From an uncultured Acidobacteriota bacterium (GTDB lineage Bacteria; Acidobacteriota; UBA6911), in the NCBI GenBank assembly GCA_963843575.1, contig CAWJKZ010000023.1, positions 32,001 through 96,000 on the forward strand: 64,000 bases of DNA. The letters run 5' to 3'. Below the pieces are notes generated by a model that was not told the DNA's origin, made no database searches, and saw only the letters and a list, made by a program, of their open reading frames with translations. Positions 53,486 to 62,609 of this stretch are shown one piece after another (position 1 is the stretch's first letter; every line of letters starts with the position of its first letter). A program made the translations under genes and the position numbers.

Positions 53486-54494
53486 CCACGGTCCTGCGAC
53501 AGCGCCGTCTCGCGCAGGCGAATGAGGCGGCGGCGCTTCTCTATCGGGCTGGCGCCCTCCGGGTCTGGCTCTTCGGCTCCCTTGCCCGCGGGGACGCCTC
53601 CGACAGATGCACCGACATCGACTTCGCCGTCGAAGGCCTTGCAGCACAGAGGCGCAAGCGCCTGGCGTTGCGGCTGCGGGCACTCCTGCGGTGCAAGGTC
53701 GATGTCGTGGGCGTCGAGGATGCCGGGCCCGCGCTGCGGCGTGCCGTCGAGGAGTGCCGCCTCTTTCTCCCCGCGTCGTTCGAACGGCCCGCGGCCCCGC
53801 CGTCGCGAACGGCCGAGGTCGCCGCTCGTCTCGTGCAGGCCCCAAGGCCCGTCGGCCTTCACCAGCAGCGGCTGCAGGCCGTTCTCGACGTGGTCAAAGC
53901 CTCCCGATTGGGATCCGTCGTCGACTTCGGGTGTGGGGCCGGACTCCTGCTGGAGAGACTGGCAGCGGATGGCAGTTTCCGGCGCATCCTCGGTGTGGAC
54001 AGTTCCCCCGAGGCGCTGGCAGCAGCCCGCAGCCGGCTTGGCCTGCCAAGGGACTCTGCCGCAGCTCGAGGGCCTACCCGCCTGGTTCTGGCGGTGGCCA
54101 CGAATCCCGACCCCCGGTTCGTCGGCTACGAGGTGGCGGTGGCGGTGGAGTTCATCGAGCATTTGGACCCGGCGCGCCTGTCGGCTTTCGAGCGGGTCGT
54201 CTTCTCGTTCGTTCGCCCCGCCCTGTTCGTGGTCACGACGCCCAACGCCGAATACAACGCCCTCCTCGGGGACGGCGCAACCGCCGGCCGTCGCCGCCCG
54301 GACCACTGTTTCGAGTGGACTCGCTCGCAGTTTCGCAACTGGATCGCGCGCGCGTCGGGCCGGGCCGGCTACGCGTGCTCCCTCCAGGGAATCGGGGCGG
54401 GGAGGGCGAGGCTCGTCGAGGCTCGCCCACCCAGATGGCCATTTGCACACGTCGTCCCGGGTCCGTCCCGCCTTCCAGGAAAGGAACCTTATGA
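53473..54494 (+). CDS. Minimal nucleotidyltransferase fused to a Hen1-type RNA 3'-terminal 2'-O-methyltransferase domain; frameshift near 54400
   Basis: VWLFGSLARG...TDIDFAV...KVDVV (MNT); LHQQRLQAV, VDFGCGAG, VEFIEHLDPARL.AFERVVF, TTPNAEYN, DHCFEWTRSQF (Hen1); GSPTQMA in the next frame to TGA 54494; GGAG before ATG 53473. Confidence 0.85.
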
Positions 54495-54810
54495 AAGCCA
54501 CCCGCAGAGAGTTTCTGAAGTCGTCGATGGCGGCGGGCGCCGCCGTGTCGCTGACCCCGGGCGGCGTCCTGGCGCGGCCATTCGCCCGGCCAACGACGAA
54601 ATCCGGATCGCGGTCGTCGGCGTCGGTTCGAGCATCAAGGTCGGCGGAAAGGGGAAACAGGACATCCGCGACTGGCTGAAAACGTCGGGGATCCGCCTCG
54701 TGGCGGTGTGCGACGTCGATCGCGCCCACCTCGACCTCGAAGTGCAGAGGCTCCGGGACCAGAATGTCAAGGTCGACGCATACACGGACGTGCGCAAGCT
54801 CCTCGAAGAC
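54491..54810 (+). pseudogene. Tat-exported Gfo/Idh/MocA oxidoreductase 5' fragment
   Basis: MKATRREFLK Tat signal, frameshift near 54585, ANDEIRIAVVGVG...LVAVCDVD...AYTDVRKLLED, then resemblance ends. Confidence 0.75.
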
Positions 54811-54967
54811 AGCCCGTGCCGGCGAGCTCCGCACGCGCCCGTATCGCGCGCCATTCGTCGTGCCGGAGAGAGTGTAGAGAGGGCTTGGGCCGGTACCGCC
54901 CGCGAAATCCGCGGCGTCCTGACAGACCTCGACAGCCCGTCCGGGTGGAGTTATCCTCACAAGAGAG

Positions 54968-55834
54968 ATGTGGCTCTATCCATTCCTGGCCAGCGCAGTT
55001 CTCCCGCTTGTCGCCGTGGGTCAAGCACCGCCCCGGGGAAACCAGGCCGCCATGTTTGCCGACGCCGTCGCCTACGAACGCTTCATGGGCCGCTGGAGCC
55101 GCCTCATTGCCCCGCTGTTCGTAGAATTCGCGCAGATTCGAGACGGCGATCACGTTCTCGAGATCGGGTCGGGGACGGGATCGCTCGCCCTGACGATCGC
55201 GGCTTCGAAGCCGGCGTGCCGGGTTGTCGGGATCGATCCGTCGACTCAGTACGTGTCTTTCGCCGAGTCGCGGAAAACCAGCTCCAATGTGCGCTTCGAG
55301 CCCGGGGATGCGCGGAAGCTGCAGTTCGCGGCGGTGCGGTTCGATGCTACGGTGTCGCTCCTGGTCCTCAACTTCATCCCCGAGGTACGCAGGGCTATGG
55401 CGGAACAGCGCCGCGTAACCCGCCCCGGCGGCACGATCTCCGCGGCGGTCTGGGACTACGGTGAGGGGATGCAGATGCTCAGGCTCTTCTGGGACGCCGC
55501 GGTTGCGCTGGACCCGTCCGCCGAAGCACGGGACGAGAAGCACATGCCGCTGTGTCGCGCCGGCGAGCTCGCCGAGCTCTTCCGGACCGCCGGTCTCGTT
55601 GACGTTCGGGAAGAGAGGCTGGAGATCACCTCGCATTTCACGTCCTTCGAGGACTACTGGAATCCGTTCCTGGACGGCCAGGGGCCCGCGGGCACCTACG
55701 TCGCTACCCTGGCGGAAGGTCAAAGAGCGGCGCTGCGCGACCGGCTGAAGGCGCTGCTGCTTCCCCGTATGGCGGCCGGCGGCGGCTTCAATCTGCGGGC
55801 TCGCGTCCGGGTTGCGCGCGGAACGGTACCGTGA
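54968..55834 (+). CDS. Class I SAM-dependent methyltransferase
   Basis: YERFMGRWS, VLEIGSGTG, GIDPS, GDA, LVLNF, RVTRPGG.ISAAVWDY. Confidence 0.9.
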   Translation: MWLYPFLASAVLPLVAVGQAPPRGNQAAMFADAVAYERFMGRWSRLIAPLFVEFAQIRDGDHVLEIGSGTGSLALTIAASKPACRVVGIDPSTQYVSFAESRKTSSNVRFEPGDARKLQFAAVRFDATVSLLVLNFIPEVRRAMAEQRRVTRPGGTISAAVWDYGEGMQMLRLFWDAAVALDPSAEARDEKHMPLCRAGELAELFRTAGLVDVREERLEITSHFTSFEDYWNPFLDGQGPAGTYVATLAEGQRAALRDRLKALLLPRMAAGGGFNLRARVRVARGTVP

Positions 55835-55905
55835 GTCCGCGCGGCCGCCCGTCGGCGTGCGGGCTGCGGAACTCCTCTCCGTACGCCAACCTGCCGATCC
55901 ACGTA

Positions 55906-57387
55906 CTAAAACCTGACCCGGCCGACGAGCCGGTTGAGCCTCCGGGCCACAGCGATGGCGCCCTCGTCGACGTTGGACATCACGGCGACCACGAACCCGG
56001 AATCCACAAAGATGTCGAGGTTGGAGCTGATCCCGTCGAATCCGCCGCCGTGGCCGACGACCTTTCCGGCGGGATCCTGGCTGACCGAAAAGCCGTATCC
56101 GTAGTTCGCCTTGAGGCGATCTGTCCACATGGCCTTCAGCGATTCCCGGGAAACATACTTGCCCCCGAGCAGGGCTTGGGCGAATCTGTGAAGATCCCTG
56201 ACAGTCGAGAACCCACCCCCTGCCGGGCCGCCTTTGATGACATGCTTGTAGAGGTTGTTCTGCCATCCGTAGGGGCTCTTCGGGTCCGGGCTGTAGCCGA
56301 TGGCCAGGTTCTCGACCGGGTAGTCCATCTCGTAGCAGTCGGTGTTCGTCATCCCGGCCGGCTGGTAAATCGTTTTGCGGATGTAGCTGAAATAATCTTC
56401 ACCGGTCACTTTCTCGATCACCACTCCCAGGAGGAACATCCCCGTGTTGCTGTACTGGAACCGCGTTCCCGGCTCGAAGGCCGGCCGGTCGTCCCTGATC
56501 AGGGGCTTGTAGTCATCGAGCTTGCGGAACAGGGCGCGGGAACTCTTCTGGTAGGTCTCGTTGAAATAGCTGCCCAGCCCCGAGGAATGGCTCAGCAGGT
56601 GGCGGATCGTGATCTTGCCCGTCACCTGCCTGGGGAGCCAGGATTCGTCGATGTACTTGCCGATCGGATCGTCGAGGGAAAGCCTCTTCTTCTCCGCCAG
56701 CTGGACGATCGCCGTCGAGGTGAACATCTTGTTCATAGACCCGAGGTTGAACCTGGTGTCGACGTTGTTCGGCACGTGGTAGGCCTTGCTCGCCTCGCCT
56801 GCCGCCAGCGTGAGCAGCACGTTGTCGCCCCTGGCCACGAGCAGTGCCCCCGAGAACAGGTGTTTGTCGACCAGCCTGGCCGTGAAATCCCTGGCCTGGG
56901 CGAGGAAATCCTGCTGCGTCAGAGGCGGTTCCTGAGCGTTTTTCGGCGGGCGCGCGGGGTTGATCCCGAGACCATCGACGATGAAATCGGGGGCCTTGCC
57001 AAAGTGGACGACGATGCCCCACCAGTCGCCCAGGTTCCGGTCTTTGACGATGACGACGGTCTCGCCCGCGCGTTCGGGCGCGTAGGTGCGGATCCCATGG
57101 AAGGTGACGCCCCCCGTCTGCCGGTGGAATCCGAGAAAGACGCTGGTGTGCTGCTCCATGGGGATGGAGTCGCGGAACCTCCCGCCGCACTCCGCGGAGA
57201 TGAATTTGCGGACGCGCTCCGGGTCCCCCGAGTTCAGCGTCTGGATGAGGGAACGGATCCGCAGCCCCTGAGCGCCGGGCGGCATGCTCGGGCTGTCCTT
57301 GAAGTCGGCGTCGGCCGGCCTCTGCGCCCATCCAGCCTGCGAAAGGAGCAGCCAGACAGCCAAAGGAACGAACAAATTGCGTTTCAT
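55906..57387 (-). CDS. Secreted serine hydrolase, beta-lactamase class C-like
   Basis: Signal peptide; SMNK (SxxK), LLSHSSGL, YSN, HGG. Confidence 0.92.
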   Translation of the reverse strand: MKRNLFVPLAVWLLLSQAGWAQRPADADFKDSPSMPPGAQGLRIRSLIQTLNSGDPERVRKFISAECGGRFRDSIPMEQHTSVFLGFHRQTGGVTFHGIRTYAPERAGETVVIVKDRNLGDWWGIVVHFGKAPDFIVDGLGINPARPPKNAQEPPLTQQDFLAQARDFTARLVDKHLFSGALLVARGDNVLLTLAAGEASKAYHVPNNVDTRFNLGSMNKMFTSTAIVQLAEKKRLSLDDPIGKYIDESWLPRQVTGKITIRHLLSHSSGLGSYFNETYQKSSRALFRKLDDYKPLIRDDRPAFEPGTRFQYSNTGMFLLGVVIEKVTGEDYFSYIRKTIYQPAGMTNTDCYEMDYPVENLAIGYSPDPKSPYGWQNNLYKHVIKGGPAGGGFSTVRDLHRFAQALLGGKYVSRESLKAMWTDRLKANYGYGFSVSQDPAGKVVGHGGGFDGISSNLDIFVDSGFVVAVMSNVDEGAIAVARRLNRLVGRVRF

Positions 57388-57398
57388 CGGGTCCCCTC

Positions 57399-57512
57399 TG
57401 GAGTGCGGCGCCTCGGCGCCGGGTGGCATCTCCCCATCTGGTGTGGCGCCGAGGCGCCGGGCATTTCGGCCGTGGGTCGTAAGTCAAAGCGGCGCCGAGG
57501 CGCCGCACCCCA
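57399..57512. repeat. REP family B inverted doublet (REPIN-like)
   Basis: TGGAGTGCGGCGCCTCGGCGCC at 57399 and AAAGCGGCGCCGAGGCGCCGCACCCCA at 57486-57512. Confidence 0.8.
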
Positions 57513-57518
57513 CATGTG

Positions 57519-58694
57519 CTACCGCGTCGGCGGGTTGAATTCCACGAGGGCCGATACGATGGGTCCGTCCACCCCGGCCAGGTTCCGGGTTCGAACGTCC
57601 AGCCGGTTCTTGCCGGTTCGGAGCGCCCACAGGGTCCGGTCGCCCGGAAGGGCATTCCACAGCCCGCCATTTGCGCGGGTGAGGTAGCTCTTGAGATTCG
57701 GGGTGGCGCTTCGGACGTGAATCTCGAGTTCCGCCGCCCCGGTCTGCCGTGCCTGCAGATCCGGTACGCCCGGCGTCCACTCGATTTCCTGTCGGTCGCG
57801 CACGGGTATGAATGCCTGGGCCCTGTACGCCCAGTGTTTGACGAGTTTGCCCTCATCCTCCAAGCGGTACCAGGTCGTCGTGCGAAACGCGTCGTTGTCG
57901 AACACGACCAGCCGGCTGCCTCCGGTCCAGTAGGGCTCGGTGAAGGGAGCGGGGCGCAGGTAATAGGACACCCACCAGTATGAGCGCACGGTTGCTTCCG
58001 GCTGCTCGGCCGCACCCATGGCGACCGGTAGGCGTTCGATCCCGCGCAGCATCGCGATCCCTTTGCCGCCGTCGGCCCGAACCGCCTCGTGCAGCTCCAG
58101 CGCCGAGAGGGGCACGCCGTCCCGCTCGAAGTGTATGTCGTACTTGGCATCCAGCAGGACCCACTTGGCGTGCTCGTTTGACCACACCTCGTTCACGCCG
58201 TGGTGCGTGCTGCGGCCCAGGTCTTCGTGGTTGCGGTCCACGCCGAGGTCGCGCACGACGTAGCCCATCGCCACCATTATGGCGTGCTGCACCGTCGACG
58301 AATGCGAGCAATGGAATCCTTCGCCTTTCTTTGCCATCTCGAGAATGGCAAACGCGTCGCCGCCCTTCTTCTGATCATTGTCGATCGGCCAGCGCGTGTG
58401 CACCCAGTGGCGTAGCTTCAGCTGCCTCCGGAACTCCTGCGGCTCCCCCGCAACGATGGCGGCAAGACCATATTCCTCGCCCAGCCGATTCACCCTTGGG
58501 TTGTGGTAGTCCTCGATGGCGGCGAAGATCTCCGGGGCATGGAATCGCGGCCCCTCCAGGGCGGCTCGCACGATCGCCTGCGATGCCCCTTCGACGGCCA
58601 GAGACCTTTCATCGGCCGGCCACCTTGCCGGCGCCACCTGGGCGGCCATGCTCCCCAGCACGACAACGCCCGCCACGAACCACGAATTCTTCAT
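57519..58694 (-). CDS. Secreted transglutaminase-like protein
   Basis: Cys-His-Asp pattern FHCSH...HGVNEVWSNEHAKWVLLDAKYD; signal peptide. Confidence 0.8.
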   Translation of the reverse strand: MKNSWFVAGVVVLGSMAAQVAPARWPADERSLAVEGASQAIVRAALEGPRFHAPEIFAAIEDYHNPRVNRLGEEYGLAAIVAGEPQEFRRQLKLRHWVHTRWPIDNDQKKGGDAFAILEMAKKGEGFHCSHSSTVQHAIMVAMGYVVRDLGVDRNHEDLGRSTHHGVNEVWSNEHAKWVLLDAKYDIHFERDGVPLSALELHEAVRADGGKGIAMLRGIERLPVAMGAAEQPEATVRSYWWVSYYLRPAPFTEPYWTGGSRLVVFDNDAFRTTTWYRLEDEGKLVKHWAYRAQAFIPVRDRQEIEWTPGVPDLQARQTGAAELEIHVRSATPNLKSYLTRANGGLWNALPGDRTLWALRTGKNRLDVRTRNLAGVDGPIVSALVEFNPPTR

Positions 58695-58908
58695 GCGACT
58701 GCCCCCCAAGTTGACCGCAGAGACCACGACCACCGGCGCAGATCAGTTTACTCCCCTCCGAGCTTCCTGAAGTGGGCCGCGTCGGCCCGACGCGGCCCTG
58801 TTCTTTTTAAAAGACTCGTCCACAAGCCCTCTTGTATCATCCACACGGCGACCGGTTCGTGCCGGCCGTCCGGCCGGTTGCTGCGCTCCTCATTATAAGG
58901 AACAGATC

Positions 58909-60309
58909 ATGTGCCCACGAGCCCTGCTGTACTGCCTGCTTTTCCTGACCTCCTCGACGGCCTTGCTTGCGCAATCCGAAACCGTGATCATCCGCCCGGT
59001 GGAGATCCGCGACGTCCTCACCAATCCCGGGATGGGCATCCAGACCTTCCAGCGCTTCAATGGCCAGGCGCTGAACGCCGGCCTGAAGTGGTCCGAGGAG
59101 GGACCGACTCAGAAGCTCAGCGCGGCGGCGGGAACGGCCTTCCCGGATTCGACGGTCGCGTATTGCCGCTGGTTCTGGATCGCACTGGAGCCCGAACAAG
59201 GCAAGGTCCGATGGGACATCCTGGACCAGGCCCTGTCCGAAGCCCGCAGCCACGGCCAGACGCTGGCCATCCGCCTGATGCCCTACGATCAGGGCCACCC
59301 TTTGCCCGAGTGGTACTCCCGGTCGGGGGCGCGCCGCGCCAACCGGCCCGCCGACACGGACGGCGCCATCTGGCAGCCGGATTTCGCCGACCCTCTCTAC
59401 CTGAAATACTGGGGCGCGCTGGTGGCCGCAGCCGGCGCCCGTTACGACGGCCACCCCGACCTGGACAGCGTGGACATCTCCACCATCGGCTACTGGGGCG
59501 AGGGCTGGAGCCCTTACATGCCTCCTTCCCCGGCCCAACAGGCGCTCATCGACGTTTACCTGCGGGCGTTCAAGCGCACCCCGCTGCTCATCAACTTCGA
59601 CCAGGAGCACGCCCTGGCCTACGCTACCCAGCGGGGGACCGGCTGGCGCCTCGACTGCTGGGGCGACATGCGCACCACCTCGACCGATCCTTTTTTCCCC
59701 AACGAGATGCTGGACGTCTATCCGCAGCAGGTCGCTCGCGCTGGCATCCAGGACGTCTGGCAGCGCAGCCCCGTCGCCCTGGAATCCTGCTGGGTGCCCG
59801 GTTACTGGAGAGAGCAGAATTGGGACGTGGATTACATCCTGGCGCAGGCGTTGCGCTGGCACACCAGTCAGGTCAACATCAAGTCTTCGGCCATCCCGCC
59901 TGAATGGAAGGGCAAGTTCGACGAGTTTCAGAAGAAGATGGGCTATCGGTTCATCCTGCGCCGCCTCGAACACCCCCGTGCGGCGCGGGCCGGTGCCATG
60001 ATGACGCTGCACATGTGGTGGCTGAACGACGGCGTCGCGCCAGTCTATCGCGACTACCAGCTGGCCATCCGGCTGGCGTCGGACAAGTCCGGCACAGTCA
60101 TCCCGCTCGAAGCCGACGTGCGCAAGTGGTTGCCGGGCGACGCGGTGTTCGACGGGACGATCCCGGTTCCGCCGGATCTGGCGCCCGGGAATTACCGCCT
60201 GCAGGTCGCGCTGCTGGACGTCCGCACGCACCGCCCGGCCATCCGCCTGGCTATTCAAGGCCGCCAACCCGACGGCTGGTACGACCTGGGCCCGCTCCAG
60301 GTGGAGTAG
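58909..60309 (+). CDS. Secreted DUF4832-type glycoside hydrolase-like protein
   Basis: Signal peptide; LTNPGMG, W..LEPEQG, RYDGHP, GYWGE, MGYRF.L, N.GVAP.Y, WLPG. Confidence 0.75.
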   Translation: MCPRALLYCLLFLTSSTALLAQSETVIIRPVEIRDVLTNPGMGIQTFQRFNGQALNAGLKWSEEGPTQKLSAAAGTAFPDSTVAYCRWFWIALEPEQGKVRWDILDQALSEARSHGQTLAIRLMPYDQGHPLPEWYSRSGARRANRPADTDGAIWQPDFADPLYLKYWGALVAAAGARYDGHPDLDSVDISTIGYWGEGWSPYMPPSPAQQALIDVYLRAFKRTPLLINFDQEHALAYATQRGTGWRLDCWGDMRTTSTDPFFPNEMLDVYPQQVARAGIQDVWQRSPVALESCWVPGYWREQNWDVDYILAQALRWHTSQVNIKSSAIPPEWKGKFDEFQKKMGYRFILRRLEHPRAARAGAMMTLHMWWLNDGVAPVYRDYQLAIRLASDKSGTVIPLEADVRKWLPGDAVFDGTIPVPPDLAPGNYRLQVALLDVRTHRPAIRLAIQGRQPDGWYDLGPLQVE

Positions 60310-60312
60310 ATT

Positions 60313-60451
60313 TGGAGTGCGGCGGCTCGACGCCGCTTTCACTTACTTCCTACGGCCCAAACGCCCGGTGCCTCGGCGCCACGCCGAACCGCGGCATCGC
60401 AGTGCCCGCTCTGCAATCTGGAAGTGCGGCGGCGTCGAGGCTCCGCACTCC
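60313..60451. repeat. REP family B inverted doublet
   Basis: TGGAGTGCGGCGGCTCGACGCCGCTTT and GCGGCGTCGAGGCTCCGCACTCC, between convergent genes. Confidence 0.8.
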
Positions 60452-62100
60452 TAATTTGCTATTTCGGGGAATCGTGCGCGATCCGCTGCAAGGAGCTCCA
60501 GGATCCAGCCGGCCACCTTTCGACGAAACGATTCGACATACTTCTCGGTCGACAGGACTTGCGCACGGTCGTGGGCGTCTCCTCCTTGAACCCGTTCGAA
60601 CCGGCCCGTTGGAACTGAACCGCGCAGCACGGCCAGCTCCGCCCGGACACGGTCCGACTGTTCACCCGACGAGCGTGTCAGCATCCACTCCAGGGTTTGC
60701 AGGTAGCGCATGTCGTCGGTCGCCTCCCGGAACCCTTCCCACGAGACGGCAAACACCAGGGGACCGCCGGGGCGGCGCGGCGGCCACACCATGCTCGCGG
60801 TGGATTCGGCCAGGGGGCCGTCGAAATCGTCGTAGGGATCGCCTGACGAGTAGTTGTACGCCCAGAACCAGTCGGCCTCGGCCCTGAACTTCCACGGAGT
60901 CCAGGCCATGGAGTGGCGGACCGACGCGGCATTCCTGCTCGTGGCGGAGCCATACAGCCAGAACGGCTTGCCGGTCTTGTCGGCCAGGTCCCGGATCCGC
61001 GCAAAATCGCCGTTCGAGACGAAGATGTCGACCATGTGTGCGATCGCCTGCGCCCACTCCAGGCGGTCCATCGTGACGCCATAGATCCGAAGTTCCGGCC
61101 AGAAAGACTTGATGAAGCGATAGCGGTTCTCGTGCTCGGCCATCAAACGCTCGGTCGGCTCGTCGTAGATCAGGAAGACGAGCTCGGGCCATCGCTTCTG
61201 GCGCGCATGTTCCCGGATCGCCAGCATCAGTTCCTTGAGCAGCAGGTTCAGCCTTGGGCTGGAGATGTCGGCGAAGACCTTCGTTTTGCCGTCCACCTCT
61301 GTTTCGGGCATCATCGGAAGGTTGAAGAGGCTGGCCAGCCTGCTTTCCAGGTGGCTCTTCGAATCGTTCCCGAGAGACCACACGACCGGCCCGCGCAGCC
61401 CGGCGGCCGAGAAGTCGTCCATCCAGCGATCGACGACCGAGAAATCCACGGCCAGCCTGTCGTCCTTGTTCGCCAGCCCCACCGACACACTGCCCCAGAA
61501 AAACTGCAGGGCAGCGAATCCGCGCTCGTGCAGGTCGGCCAGGTGTTTCGGTGTGATCGCGACATCCCGCGCTCCACAGAATGCCCCGTAGAAGAACTTT
61601 GCGTCCGCTCGCAGCCTGAACGGGTACACCTCGAGCGGCACCGCGAGCGACGCGCCGCCCAGCTTGATCGAAAGATCGTAGCGTCCCGGGGGCGCTCCGG
61701 GTTCCGTTTTGAAAACGAGGTAGTAGACGGCTCGCCCTCCGGCCGGCAACTCTGCGCCGGTTGCCTCCTCCATGAAATAAGGCAGCGTTACGCCCTGGTC
61801 GTTCCTCCGGCGGAGGCGGTGCTCCGTGATGCGGTAGGTTTTGAACGAGACGCCGCCGGGGAGCCCGGTTACTGCGAAGCCGGAGGTTATGGCTTCGTCC
61901 CCGGCGGCGACGAGCACCGCCAGGGGTTCGTGCTCACCGAGCGAGGCGCTGATCCGGGCCGAGGTCAGCGGTGTTAACGAATCCAACGGGCACGGCAGGT
62001 CCATGTAGTCGACCGGCTGCAGGACGGTTGCGGCGCCAAAGGCGCTGGCGGCACTGAAGGCCGCCAACAGGGCTGACAGAATCCGGGCAGCGAATCTCAC
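60451..62100 (-). CDS. Secreted hypothetical protein, DUF4091/GH123-like
   Basis: Signal peptide; GEHEP, PPGRY, IYDEP, WLY, WFWAY, WEGFREATDDMRYLQTL; GAGGAG before GTG. Confidence 0.65.
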   Translation of the reverse strand: MRFAARILSALLAAFSAASAFGAATVLQPVDYMDLPCPLDSLTPLTSARISASLGEHEPLAVLVAAGDEAITSGFAVTGLPGGVSFKTYRITEHRLRRRNDQGVTLPYFMEEATGAELPAGGRAVYYLVFKTEPGAPPGRYDLSIKLGGASLAVPLEVYPFRLRADAKFFYGAFCGARDVAITPKHLADLHERGFAALQFFWGSVSVGLANKDDRLAVDFSVVDRWMDDFSAAGLRGPVVWSLGNDSKSHLESRLASLFNLPMMPETEVDGKTKVFADISSPRLNLLLKELMLAIREHARQKRWPELVFLIYDEPTERLMAEHENRYRFIKSFWPELRIYGVTMDRLEWAQAIAHMVDIFVSNGDFARIRDLADKTGKPFWLYGSATSRNAASVRHSMAWTPWKFRAEADWFWAYNYSSGDPYDDFDGPLAESTASMVWPPRRPGGPLVFAVSWEGFREATDDMRYLQTLEWMLTRSSGEQSDRVRAELAVLRGSVPTGRFERVQGGDAHDRAQVLSTEKYVESFRRKVAGWILELLAADRARFPEIAN

Positions 62101-62200
62101 GTGGAGTCTCCTCTTTCATGACGCATGGACAACGGATGCTGCTGCGAGAATACCACCGGCCGAGACAAACAGGACCCCGAAAGACACGCGGGCGGCAATG

Positions 62201-62555
62201 TGGAGTGCGGCGGCTCGACGCCGCTTTTGCTCGTCCTGCGGCAGGAATGCTCGGCGCCTCGGCGCCATGCCGAATTGCGAGAGGCGACCCTGCGACCCCG
62301 GCCTGTGGCGGCGCCTAGTCGCCGCCACCAAAGCGGCGTCGAGCCGCCGCACTCCAGAGGGCTTTCGTGCTGGAAAAACATGAATCCGGGGCGAGTAGTG
62401 ACCTCGCCTGTCACATCGCGCAAGATCCTCCTCGTTCAATCCGGACGAACTGAAGTCATCTGGAGTGCGGCGCCTCGGCGCCTTGGCGCCACGCCGAATT
62501 GCGAGAGGCGACCCTGCGACCCCGGCCTGTGGCGGCGTCGAGCCGCCGCACTCCA
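62201..62555. repeat. Two tandem REP family B doublets (62201-62356, 62461-62555)
   Basis: Each is bounded by TGGAGTGCGGC and GCCGCACTCCA and shares the spacer GCCGAATTGCGAGAGGCGACCCTGCGACCCCGGCCTGTGGCGGCG. Confidence 0.85.
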
Positions 62556-62609
62556 CAATGAGCGCCGCCATGGCTTGGCGGGAGGCCGTGCCGGTCGGGA
62601 AAGTGCGGC

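Noticed and set aside
53347-55464. 705-aa ORF suggesting an MNT-Hen1-oxidoreductase triple fusion
   Set aside because: Read-through caused by frameshifts near 54400 and 54585; Hen1 ends GSPTQMA in another frame and the oxidoreductase has its own ATG and Tat signal.
55906-57387. Antibiotic-resistance beta-lactamase
   Set aside because: The motifs fit the broad serine hydrolase family; nothing indicates beta-lactam specificity.
62201-62555. Possible CRISPR array
   Set aside because: Repeats are inverted pairs with shared spacers and no cas genes; REP/REPIN pattern.
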